Assembly: GCA_965208165.1 (NCBI GenBank)
Contig: OZ242323.1
Location: 2,864,893 to 2,928,892 of the forward strand
Source: Vicinamibacterales bacterium
GTDB lineage: Bacteria; Acidobacteriota; Vicinamibacteria; Vicinamibacterales; UBA8438
Reading direction: 5' to 3'
DNA: 64,000 nt
A model generated the notes under the pieces. The model was not told the origin of the DNA, ran no database searches, and was given only the letters and a program-made list of their open reading frames with translations. Both the position numbers and the translations under genes were made by a program. Shown here in pieces: positions 1-8,385 of the stretch; the stretch's first letter is position 1, and the number at the start of each line of letters is the position of its first letter.

Positions 1-275
1 GGCGGCCGGGCAGGAGCGGGAGGACCGGATGACGCGGCGGTGGGTAGAGCAGAGGGCTGGAGTGCGTCGAACAGGAGCGGTCCGACCGGATCCATCGGCG
101 CCACCGGCGGGGTCGGCAGCACGTGGAGTGCGGGCACCGTGGCCGCCGACACGACGCCGACCGCCAGCACCCAGTGCCTCGCGGCGGCCGAGCCCCCCCG
201 CAGAACGAGGGCACCGATCAGCGCCAGGAGCAGGATCGCCGACACCTTGAGGGTCAACACGGCCAGAAGGCTCAT
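1..275 (-). CDS. BlaR1-like M56 peptidase/signal transducer, N-terminal fragment (runs off window start)
   Basis: Not in the ORF track (no stop inside window). Reverse translation from ATG at 275 reads MSLLAVLTLKVSAILLLALIGALVLRGGSAAARHWVLAVGVVSAATVPAL... and stays open to position 1. Hydrophobic N-terminus with an SAAxRH-type motif typical of BlaR1/M56 N-termini. The ATG overlaps the stop of the upstream BlaI-family gene (TGATG). Confidence 0.6.
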   Translation of the reverse strand, partial: MSLLAVLTLKVSAILLLALIGALVLRGGSAAARHWVLAVGVVSAATVPALHVLPTPPVAPMDPVGPLLFDALQPSALPTAASSGPPAPARP

Positions 276-748
276 CAACGTTCCTCCCGATTCCCGCGCA
301 TGTCGTTCCCGTTCGGCCCGTCGCCGCGTGACGCGCCCGCGGATCGACCGGCCGTCTGTTGCGCCGCTCTCGCGTCCGAAACGACCCGGGCGATCCGCTC
401 GAGCTCCGGCTCGGTCAGACGCCTGGCCTCCCCGCCGAGCAACGCGGCCACGGCCTGTTCCGCCGACCCGTCGAAGAACGTCTCGACGAGATGCCGCAAC
501 GCCGACCGGCGCGCGGTTCGACGAGGGGTCACCGGGCGATACACGTACCGCAGCCCCACCTCTTCATGACGCACATGCCCCTTCTGCTCGAGAATGCGCA
601 GCTGGGTGCGAACCGTCGACGAACTCGGGTCGCCGGGCAGCTCTTCCCGGACGACGCTCGCCGGGGCGCGGCCGCGCCGAAAGAGGATGTCCATGATCTG
701 CCGTTCGCGACGCGACAGTCGACTGTGCCAGGATCCTGCCATGCTCAT
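275..748 (-). CDS. BlaI/MecI/CopY-family transcriptional repressor
   Basis: 157-aa ORF. The winged-helix N-terminal half (LSRRERQIMDILFRRGRAPASVVREEL..STVRTQLRILEQKGHVRHEEVGLRYVYRP) fits the Penicillinase_R pattern. Translationally coupled to the M56 gene. Confidence 0.8.
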   Translation of the reverse strand: MSMAGSWHSRLSRRERQIMDILFRRGRAPASVVREELPGDPSSSTVRTQLRILEQKGHVRHEEVGLRYVYRPVTPRRTARRSALRHLVETFFDGSAEQAVAALLGGEARRLTEPELERIARVVSDARAAQQTAGRSAGASRGDGPNGNDMRGNREER

Positions 749-785
749 GAGAGTTCGGTTCTCGGTCGTCCGCCGACCTCAGCCG

Positions 786-820
786 ATTATTTTTATAACA
801 CATAGGCCATTAGATTAACA
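786..820. promoter_or_regulatory. AT-rich island in the divergent blaI / DUF1592 intergenic region (candidate promoter/operator)
   Basis: attatttttataacacataggccattagattaaca is the most AT-rich stretch I noticed in a ~70% GC window. On the minus strand it contains TATAAA/AATAAT-like -10 candidates about 45 nt upstream of the blaI ATG. Confidence 0.35.
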
Positions 821-1081
821 GCTGCCTCGATCCCTGACAGCAACCGGCCTGCACACCCCCGGTTGCTGCGGGGTTGCATGGTGCGGACGGTGCTCGTCAG
901 GGTGACCGCTCTCCCGCTTGCCGCCCGCGGTAGCGCTGCAAGGGGACCCTCCTGCACGTTCGCTGATCAACGCAGGCTCCGACGACGAACAGCGCCATGG
1001 GGCCTCCTCCGTGTCCTCCGGACGCGGCCAAACGATCGCATGCCGCCGGAACGACGGTCCAAACGGGGCGAAGGACACACC

Positions 1082-1188
1082 GTCTCATCGCATCGAATCC
1101 GCCGGCCACGCCGCAAGCGAACGCGTCCGTCACCATCTTCGACGACGAGGCCCAAGTCTCATCGCATCGAATCCGCCGGCCACGCCGC
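1082..1188. repeat. Pair of perfect 33-bp direct repeats (1082-1114, 1156-1188), period 74 bp
   Basis: gtctcatcgcatcgaatccgccggccacgccgc occurs twice, identically, in the ~680-bp non-coding gap upstream of the DUF1592 gene. Confidence 0.9.
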
Positions 1189-1434
1189 GCCTTCACGCGG
1201 GTTCCGGTGACGTTTTCGACCCCGCCGGCAACGCGCAAACCGCTCGGTCGAGCCGCCCGGATCGGGTCCGTCGGCGGACCCGGCGTGGAAAACCTCGCGG
1301 ACAACGGCTACACTACGCAGATTGTCCGGCCGGGGGAGCGGAGCCGCCCGCTCGAGATTCCCGGGCCGGTCACCCACACCTGCGGAACGCGTGGACGGCG
1401 GTCGTCACATCGCAAGAAGAGAGTGATCGGGACC

Positions 1435-3861
1435 ATGGTGAGCACCGCCCCGGCCGCCGTTGCGAAAATCGCGTTCTGGCTCGCGCTCGGGTCGATCGCG
1501 TCTCCGTGCCTCGCGAGACCCGCGGCCCCGCCCGCCGCCCCGGACGCGGCGCAGGCGGTGGTCGACGAGACCTGCCGCCGCTGCCACAACGACCGGGCCC
1601 GCTACGGGAACCTGTCGCTGGACCTGTTCGAGGTCGCCCGAGCCGGCGACGACCGCCCCCTGGCGGAGAAGATCATCCGGAAGGTGCGGACGGGCCTGAT
1701 GCCGCCAGCGGGAGCCGCCCGCCCCGCGGAGGTCGACCTCCAGGTCCTTGCGGGAACCCTCGAGACGCTCGTGGACGGCGCCGCCGCCGATCGGCTGCTT
1801 CCTACGCGCCGCACGTTCCAGCGCCTCAACCGCGCCGAGTACGAGCGCTCCATCCGCGATCTCCTCGCCCTCGACGTCCGTGCGAGCGACTACCTCCCGC
1901 TCGATACGAAGAGCGCCGGGTTCGACAACATCGCCGACGTGCAGTTGCTGTCCCCCACCCTGATGAACGGCTATCTCGGGGCCGCGGCCGAGATCAGCCG
2001 GCTGGCGGTGGGCGACCCGACGGCCGGTCCCCGCGAGTCGACCTACAAGGTCACCCGTTGGGTCTCGCAGCGGGAGCAGGTCGAGGGCGCGCCCTACGGG
2101 TCGCGGGGCGGGATCTCCGTCGTCCACACGTTTCCGGCCGACGCCGACTACCGTTTCCGCGTGTCGTTCCACCACGAGACCACCGGTGAGCTGTTCGGCA
2201 GCGGCCGCGGAGCGCTGCACACGACCGAGCATCCCGAGCAGATCGAGGTATCGATAGACGGCGAGCGCGTGGCCCTCCTCGACATCGACCGGTGGATGCA
2301 CGTCTCCGATCCCGACGGCGTCAACCTCCGGACCGATCCGATCCGCGTCACCGCCGGACCGCACCGGGTGTCGGCCGTCTTCGTCCGCCACCTCGAGGGC
2401 CCCGCGCAGGACCTCATCTCGCCTCACGAATGGTCGCTGGCGAGCACGAGCGTCGCCAACGCCTACGGGTTCACCAGCCTGCCCCACCTGCGGGACCTCG
2501 CGATTCGGGGGCCGCTCGATCCCGTCGGCGTATCCGACACGCCGAGCCGGCGGCGCATCTTCACGTGCCGGCCCGCCGCGCCTCGCGACGCGCCCGCGTG
2601 CGCCGGCGAGATCCTCGACCGGCTCGGCACCGCCGCCTACCGCCGGCCGCTGACCGACGACGACCGCGGCGCCCTGGTGGCGCTGTACGAGAGCGGCGCG
2701 GCCGAGGGCGGGTTCGAGGCGGGCGTCCGGATGGCGCTCGAGGGCATTCTCGCCAGCCCCCACTTCGTGTTCCGGTTCGAGGCCCCGCCGGCCGGCGCCG
2801 ACCCGACGGACGGCTTCGCCGTCTCGGACCATGCCCTGGCGTCCCGCCTGTCGTTCTTTCTCTGGGCGTCGGGCCCCGACGCGGAGCTCGTCGACCTCGC
2901 GACCGCCGGCCGCCTGTCCGACCCCGCGGTGCTCGACGCCCAGGTGCGCCGCATGCTCGCCGACCCGCGGGCGGAGGCCCTCGCCACGCGGTTCGCCGCG
3001 CAGTGGCTCCGGCTGCCCGATCTCGAGGCGCTGCATCCGGACGTCCGGACATATCCCGACTTCGACGAGCAGCTCAAGCACGCCATGCGGCGCGAGACGG
3101 AGCTCTTCTTCCACCATCTCGTCCGCGAGGACCGGAGCCTGCTCGAGCTGCTGACCGCCGACTACACCTTCATCAACGAGCGCCTCGCCCGGCACTACCG
3201 GCTCCCCGAGGTCGTCGGCGAGCGCCATCGGCGCGTGCGGTGGCCCGCCCGCCAGCCGCGGCGCGGACTGCTCGAGCACGGCAGCGTGCTGGCCCTGACC
3301 TCGTACGCCGACCGCACCTCGCCGGTGCTCCGCGGCAAGTGGGTGATGGAGGTGCTTCTCGGCAGTCCGCCCCCGCCGCCGCCGCCCGACGTGCCGGACC
3401 TCGACGACACCGCGGCCGCCGACGGCGGCCGGCTGCTGTCCGTGCGGGAACGCCTGGAGCAGCACCGGCGAAGCCCCGCCTGCAGCTCGTGCCACCGGAT
3501 GATGGACCCCATCGGGCTCGCCCTCGAGCACTACGACGTGACCGGGGCGATGCGCGTCAAGGACAGCGGCAACCCGATCGACTCGTCGGGCCGGCTCTAC
3601 GACGGCACGCCGGTCACGAGCGCGGCCGACCTGCGCGCCGCCCTGCTGAAGCGCCCGACCGCCATCGCGCGGACGTTCACCGAGAACCTGATGGCCTACG
3701 CCCTCGGGCGCCGCATCGAGCCCTTCGACATGCCCGCGGTCCGCGAGGTCGCCCGCGCCGCCGAGGCGGACGGCCTGCGCCTCTCCCGCTTCATCCTCGA
3801 GATCGTCCGCAGCCGCGCGTTCCGCACGCAGGGCCGGGCGCCGGATTCCGTGGAGGACTGA
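1435..3861 (+). CDS. DUF1592/DUF1588/DUF1585-family exported protein with CxxCH motif (Planctomycete-type cytochrome-like)
   Basis: In frame with the 954-aa track ORF. ATG 1435 starts a signal-like MVSTAPAAVAKIAFWLALGSIASPCLA. A CRRCH heme-type motif is followed by family-typical blocks (FFLWASGPD, RSPACSSCHRMMDPIGLALE). Followed 6 nt later by its usual DUF1552 partner. Confidence 0.8.
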   Translation: MVSTAPAAVAKIAFWLALGSIASPCLARPAAPPAAPDAAQAVVDETCRRCHNDRARYGNLSLDLFEVARAGDDRPLAEKIIRKVRTGLMPPAGAARPAEVDLQVLAGTLETLVDGAAADRLLPTRRTFQRLNRAEYERSIRDLLALDVRASDYLPLDTKSAGFDNIADVQLLSPTLMNGYLGAAAEISRLAVGDPTAGPRESTYKVTRWVSQREQVEGAPYGSRGGISVVHTFPADADYRFRVSFHHETTGELFGSGRGALHTTEHPEQIEVSIDGERVALLDIDRWMHVSDPDGVNLRTDPIRVTAGPHRVSAVFVRHLEGPAQDLISPHEWSLASTSVANAYGFTSLPHLRDLAIRGPLDPVGVSDTPSRRRIFTCRPAAPRDAPACAGEILDRLGTAAYRRPLTDDDRGALVALYESGAAEGGFEAGVRMALEGILASPHFVFRFEAPPAGADPTDGFAVSDHALASRLSFFLWASGPDAELVDLATAGRLSDPAVLDAQVRRMLADPRAEALATRFAAQWLRLPDLEALHPDVRTYPDFDEQLKHAMRRETELFFHHLVREDRSLLELLTADYTFINERLARHYRLPEVVGERHRRVRWPARQPRRGLLEHGSVLALTSYADRTSPVLRGKWVMEVLLGSPPPPPPPDVPDLDDTAAADGGRLLSVRERLEQHRRSPACSSCHRMMDPIGLALEHYDVTGAMRVKDSGNPIDSSGRLYDGTPVTSAADLRAALLKRPTAIARTFTENLMAYALGRRIEPFDMPAVREVARAAEADGLRLSRFILEIVRSRAFRTQGRAPDSVED

Positions 3862-3866
3862 ACAGC

Positions 3867-5264
3867 ATGGCCTTCGTCACCGGCAAGCATCTCCCGCGCC
3901 GCACGTTCCTGCGAGGCCTCGGGACCACCGTCGCGCTGCCCTTCCTCGACGCGTTCGTGCCCGCCGGCCGGCCGTGGCGGCGGGCGGCGGCGGCCCAGTC
4001 GCTCGACGACCCGACGCGGCTCGTGTGCATCGAGAACGTGCACGGCGCCGCCGGCAGCACCGCCTACGGCGCCTCCCGGCACCTCTGGTCGCCGGCCGCG
4101 ACGGGGCGCGACTTCGACCTGACCCCGAGCGCCCTGATCCCCCTCGAGCCGTTCCGCGACGTGCTGACCATCGTCAGCGACACCGACGTCCGGCCCGCCG
4201 AGGCGGTCACCCCCCCGGAGATCGGCGGCGATCACTTCCGCTCGAGCGCCACCTTTCTCACCCAGTCGCATCCGAAGCAGACCGAGAGCTCGGACGTCCG
4301 GGCCGGCGTCTCCCTCGATCAGCTCTACGCCCAGCGGTTCGGACAGCGGACGCCGATTCCGTCGATGCAGCTCTGCATCGAGAACGTCGATCAGGCCGGG
4401 GGCTGCGCCTACGGCTACTCGTGCGTCTACACCGACACCATCAGCTGGGCGTCGCCGACCGAGCCGCTGCCGATGATCCGGGATCCGCGGCTCGCGTTCG
4501 ATCAGCTGTTCGGGGCCGGCGCCACCCCGGGGGAGCGCGCCGTCCGGCGCCGGCAGCAGCGCAGCGTGCTCGACTTCATCACCCGGGAGGTCGCCCGGCT
4601 CACCCCCACCCTCGATACGGCGGACCGCCGGCGCATGGACCGCTACCTGACGGACATCCGCGAGATCGAGCGGCGGATAGAACGGGTCGAGGCCCGCAAC
4701 CTCGGGGGCGAGCCCCGAGAGCTCCCCAACTCGCCGCCGGGCGTTCCCGACTCGTTCGACGAGCACGTCCGGCTGATGTTCGACCTGCAGGCGCTGGCAT
4801 TCGAGACCGACGTCACCCGGGTCTTCTCGTTCAAGCTCTCGCGCGACGCCACCGGGCGCGTCTACCCCGAGAGCGGCGTCACCCGGGGCTTCCACCCCGC
4901 CTCGCACCACGGCGGGCGCGAGCGCAACATCGAGCAGTTCGCCCGGCTGAACCGCTACCACGTGAGCCTGCTGCCCTACTTCCTGGGCAAGTTGCGGGCC
5001 CTCGAGGAGGGCGACGCGACCCTCCTCGACCGCTCGATGATCGTCTACGGCTCGCCCATGGGCGACCCCAACGTGCACAACCACAAGCGGTGCCCGCTCT
5101 TCGTGGCCGGCGGGGCCAACGGCCGCCTGCCCGGCAACCTGCACCTCCGCGCGGCGCCGGGAACGCCGATGGCGAACGTGATGCTCGACCTCGTCCAGCG
5201 GCTCGGCCTCGACGACGTCGATCGGTTCGGCGACAGCACCGGCGCGTTCTCGTTGATGGCCTGA
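3867..5264 (+). CDS. DUF1552 domain protein with twin-arginine-type signal
   Basis: Distal part of the 990-aa track ORF, starting at ATG 3867. KHLPRRTFLRGLGTTVALPFL is a Tat-like signal. Family blocks FHPASHHGG and GSPMGDPNVHNHKRCPLFVAGG are present. Confidence 0.8.
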   Translation: MAFVTGKHLPRRTFLRGLGTTVALPFLDAFVPAGRPWRRAAAAQSLDDPTRLVCIENVHGAAGSTAYGASRHLWSPAATGRDFDLTPSALIPLEPFRDVLTIVSDTDVRPAEAVTPPEIGGDHFRSSATFLTQSHPKQTESSDVRAGVSLDQLYAQRFGQRTPIPSMQLCIENVDQAGGCAYGYSCVYTDTISWASPTEPLPMIRDPRLAFDQLFGAGATPGERAVRRRQQRSVLDFITREVARLTPTLDTADRRRMDRYLTDIREIERRIERVEARNLGGEPRELPNSPPGVPDSFDEHVRLMFDLQALAFETDVTRVFSFKLSRDATGRVYPESGVTRGFHPASHHGGRERNIEQFARLNRYHVSLLPYFLGKLRALEEGDATLLDRSMIVYGSPMGDPNVHNHKRCPLFVAGGANGRLPGNLHLRAAPGTPMANVMLDLVQRLGLDDVDRFGDSTGAFSLMA

Positions 5265-5305
5265 GGAAACCCGATCCGCAGAGCCGGCATCGCCTGGAGA
5301 AGACC

Positions 5306-7147
5306 ATGCATCGAGCTCGGACCGGCCTCCTCGTGACCTTGCTGTGCGCCGCGGCCGGCCCCGCCGCGGCCGTCGACGCGCCCCTCGCCGACGCGGTCAT
5401 GCGGCAGGACCACGAGGCGGTGCGGTCGCTCCTCGCGGCCGGCGCCGACGTCGACGCGCCGCGCGGCGACGGCATGACCGCCCTGCACTGGGCGGCGCAA
5501 CTCGGCGACGCCGCGACCGCGCGCCGGCTCCTCGGCGCCGGCGCCGACCCGGCCGCGGTGACCCGTCTCGGGCGCCACACCCCCCTGCACGTCGCGAGCC
5601 GCGCCGGCCACGCCCCGGTGATCGCCGCCCTGCTCGACCATCGCGCCGACGCCGAGGCGCTGACGTCGGCCGGGGCCGCCCCCCTGCACTTCGCGGCGCA
5701 GTCGGGAAGCGCCGACGCCGTCGAGGCGCTGCTGGCGCACGGCGCAGACCCCGACGTGCGCGAGCCGCGGTGGGGCCAGACCCCCCTCATGTTCGCGGCG
5801 GGAGCGGGACGGACGGCCGTCGTCGCGCCCCTGCTGGGGTGGGGCGCCGACCCCGGCGCCACCGCGACGGTCGTGGACATCTCGGCCCGCAACGCGTTCG
5901 ACCAGGCGGACAGCCGGCGCCGGCGCGGCCGCATGATCCGGGCCTTCGCGAACCTCCCCCGCGGCGACCAGGCGGACGGCCGCCAGCGGGGCGGTCGCGC
6001 CGCGGCTCGGGCCGGGCGAGCGGCGGAGCGTGGGCCCCGGCGCTTCCAGCCCCCCCGCTCCCGCCAGCCCCGGCCACGACCGGCCGCGCCGCCATCGTAC
6101 CGGGTGCCGGTTCGGCCGCGACCCGCGGCGCCGGCAGCCGAAGCCGACGGCCAGGAAGAGCCGGAACCCCTCGGCTACGCCGATCTGGTCGGGACCCACG
6201 GCGGCCTGACGGCGCTGCTGCTGGCCGCCCGCGACGGCCATGCGGAGACGGCGCTGGCCTTGATCGCGGGCGGCGCCGACGTCAACCAGACGAGCGCCGC
6301 CGACGGCACGAGCCCGCTTCTCATCGCGAGCATCAACGGGCACTTCGATCTGGCCCTGCAGCTCCTCGAGTCGGGGGCCGACCCCACGCTGGCGAGCGAC
6401 GCCGGGGCCACCCCGCTCTACGGCACGCTCAACATGCACTGGGCCCCGAAGGCGCGGCATCCCCAGCCGACCGATCACCTGCAGCAGACCACCTCGTACC
6501 TCGACGTCATGCGGGCGGTGCTCGGGGCGGGGGCCGACGTCAACGCGCGGCTCGAGCGGTCGCTGTGGTACACGACCTACAACCGCGACCTGCTCGGGGT
6601 CGACCGGGCCGGGGCGACCGCCTTCTGGCGCGCCGCCTACGCCCTCGACGTCGAGGCCATGCGGCTCCTGCTCGAGCACGGGGCGGACCCGCACCTCCCG
6701 ACCGTCACCGTGCCGAACCGCCGGCGAGTCCCTTACCCCGACCCGTCCGGCCTGCCCCCGGTCCCCCTCGGCGGCCCCGCCGTGTCTCCCCTGCTCGCGG
6801 CCGCCGGCGTCGGCCACGGCCAGGGATACGCGGGCAACTCGCACCGCCACGTGCCCGACGGCTGGCTTCCCGCGGTCCGGTTCCTCGTCGAGGAGGTCGG
6901 CCTCGACGTTCATTTCCGCGACCACGACGGCTACAACCCTGTCCATCACGCCGCCGCCCGCGGGGACGACGCCCTGATCCGCTATCTCGTCGACCGGGGG
7001 GTCGACGTCACCGCGGTCAGCCGCCGCGGGCAGACGACCGTGGACATGGCCAACGGCCCCGTGCAGCGCATTCAGCCCTTCCCGGACACCATCGCGCTGC
7101 TCGAGAGCCTGGGCGCGAAGAACAACCACCGCTGCCTGAGCTGCTAG
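5306..7147 (+). CDS. Secreted ankyrin-repeat protein
   Basis: ATG 5306 gives the signal peptide MHRARTGLLVTLLCAAAGPAAAVDA. There are many ANK units (GMTALHWAAQLGD, TPLHVASRAGH, APLHFAAQSG, LTALLLAARDGH, SPLLIASINGH, NPVHHAAARGD) split by a Pro/Arg-rich linker. Confidence 0.85.
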   Translation: MHRARTGLLVTLLCAAAGPAAAVDAPLADAVMRQDHEAVRSLLAAGADVDAPRGDGMTALHWAAQLGDAATARRLLGAGADPAAVTRLGRHTPLHVASRAGHAPVIAALLDHRADAEALTSAGAAPLHFAAQSGSADAVEALLAHGADPDVREPRWGQTPLMFAAGAGRTAVVAPLLGWGADPGATATVVDISARNAFDQADSRRRRGRMIRAFANLPRGDQADGRQRGGRAAARAGRAAERGPRRFQPPRSRQPRPRPAAPPSYRVPVRPRPAAPAAEADGQEEPEPLGYADLVGTHGGLTALLLAARDGHAETALALIAGGADVNQTSAADGTSPLLIASINGHFDLALQLLESGADPTLASDAGATPLYGTLNMHWAPKARHPQPTDHLQQTTSYLDVMRAVLGAGADVNARLERSLWYTTYNRDLLGVDRAGATAFWRAAYALDVEAMRLLLEHGADPHLPTVTVPNRRRVPYPDPSGLPPVPLGGPAVSPLLAAAGVGHGQGYAGNSHRHVPDGWLPAVRFLVEEVGLDVHFRDHDGYNPVHHAAARGDDALIRYLVDRGVDVTAVSRRGQTTVDMANGPVQRIQPFPDTIALLESLGAKNNHRCLSC

Positions 7148-7202
7148 CGGTCCCCGGGCAGCGGGGCTTTCGGGGCAGGCCCCATGGCGACCCCGGCGGG
7201 CG

Positions 7203-7255
7203 CGCGCGGGACCGCGCGAACGACGGGCGAGATGGCATCGCGACCCGCGTTTTTG
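7203..7255 (+). terminator. Candidate intrinsic terminator after the ankyrin gene
   Basis: CGCGGG...CCCGCG stem (imperfect extension, ~25-nt loop) directly followed by TTTTT at 7250-7254. T-runs are rare in this sequence. Confidence 0.3.
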
Positions 7256-7273
7256 GGTTATCATGGCCCCTTG

Positions 7274-8344
7274 ATGGCCCCTGCGCCCGTTGAGGTCGCG
7301 CTCACGCTACGGCCGCGCGCCCGTATCGATCTGCTCGATGTCCGCCGCCGCGTGTCGGAGACCCACGGGGACGTGCTCGAACCCTTCCCACGGGCCTTGT
7401 ACAGCTCGTTTCACACCACCGCCGGCTACCTCGAGCAGAGCCTGGCGACGCGACTGAACCGGAAGCTCGGCGGCCTCGGGTCGTACCTCTCCTTCTTCTG
7501 TGAGGTGTTCCCCGAAGGCGCAGGATACAAGCACGACCAGCTCGACCTCCGCGAGGAGCTGTCCGAGGCGCAACGGCGGACCGAGCCCCGCAACGCCGAC
7601 TCGCATCTCGCGTTCATCAGCGCCGGCCTGCGCAGCTGCGTGACCTACCGCGGCCGGAGCCGCGAGCCGGTGTACTTCATCGATCTCGACGGCGTCAATC
7701 GGGGCCGGGCGCGCCAGCGCGTGACCACCGTGCTCGGCTACAACGCCGAGGAAGAGGTGGCGCGCGACCGCGTCACGGTGCCGATGTCCACGCATGCCGT
7801 CGAGTCGGTGAGTCTCAAGGACCCCCGCTTCGGGGTGTTCGAGCGCTGCCAGGAGCTCATCGGACGGCACGGCGTCGACAAGGGCCGCATCCGGCTCACC
7901 CTCGGCCCCGGCGAGGAGCAGGCCGGCCTGACCGTCAACGAGTACGAGACCCTGCTCATGCGCCACGACCTCGCCGAGGTGCTGCGCAACCCGTTGCGGT
8001 TCATGGCCGAGAACAGCCGCGATCTGCTGTCCGATCCGCGATCCATTCCGAACAAGACCATCAACTACGCCAAGTACGACCTGGTGCGGGTGTTCAACGA
8101 AGTGTTCGACGTCCTGCACCTGAGCGACTCGGTGGTCGAACGCATCCTGTCCCGGTTCTTCGTCGCACCCGCCCGCCGCTTCCTTCAGGTGAAGCGCTCG
8201 GTGAGCCTGCCGGTCTCCGACCGCGAGACCCCCGGCGAAGGTCGTCTGGCCCAGGGGCGCTACCAGAGTCCGATCCTGATGCAGTGGCGGCGTAACGCGC
8301 CCTGCGCACGCGTCGTCGACATCACCCTGACCCGCTTCCGCTAG
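7274..8344 (+). CDS. Tandem YjbQ/UPF0047-like domain protein (second domain degenerate)
   Basis: N-terminal half matches YjbQ blocks: FHTTAGYLEQ (cf. HTSASLTLNEN), VFPEGAGYKHD (cf. VPDNGNYEHD), NADSHLAFISAGLRSCVTY (cf. DMPSHIKSSLLGTSL). C-terminal half repeats the fold pattern weakly (GLTVNEYE ... GRYQSPILMQW). The start is uncertain: the track ORF begins at 7184; ATG 7274 follows a TATCAT box. Confidence 0.55.
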   Translation: MAPAPVEVALTLRPRARIDLLDVRRRVSETHGDVLEPFPRALYSSFHTTAGYLEQSLATRLNRKLGGLGSYLSFFCEVFPEGAGYKHDQLDLREELSEAQRRTEPRNADSHLAFISAGLRSCVTYRGRSREPVYFIDLDGVNRGRARQRVTTVLGYNAEEEVARDRVTVPMSTHAVESVSLKDPRFGVFERCQELIGRHGVDKGRIRLTLGPGEEQAGLTVNEYETLLMRHDLAEVLRNPLRFMAENSRDLLSDPRSIPNKTINYAKYDLVRVFNEVFDVLHLSDSVVERILSRFFVAPARRFLQVKRSVSLPVSDRETPGEGRLAQGRYQSPILMQWRRNAPCARVVDITLTRFR

Positions 8345-8385
8345 CTCCAGGCCGCGACGGGCACGCCCCGCGCAAGGAGACCGCC

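Noticed and set aside
1082-1188. tRNA fragment or att site suggested by TCGAATCC inside the 33-bp direct repeats
   Set aside because: No T-arm stem complementarity around the motif, no acceptor/CCA context, and no integrase or mobile genes nearby.
1405-3531. Very long antisense or overlapping track ORFs, for example 1405-3531(-), 2292-5264(+) 5' part, 5045-7264(-), 16361-19474(+), 20099-23074(-), 29316-32399(-), 36017-38398(+), 59046-61547(-)
   Set aside because: They lie opposite or out of frame to genes with clear family motifs. Their products are Arg/Pro/Gly/Ala-rich low-complexity sequence typical of stop-codon-poor shadow frames in ~70% GC DNA.
8357-8372. GGGCAC-N5-GCGCA sigma-54-like match upstream of the PLP enzyme gene
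   Set aside because: It would place the TSS on top of the SD/start codon, and both half-sites deviate from consensus. Most likely a chance match in GC-rich DNA.
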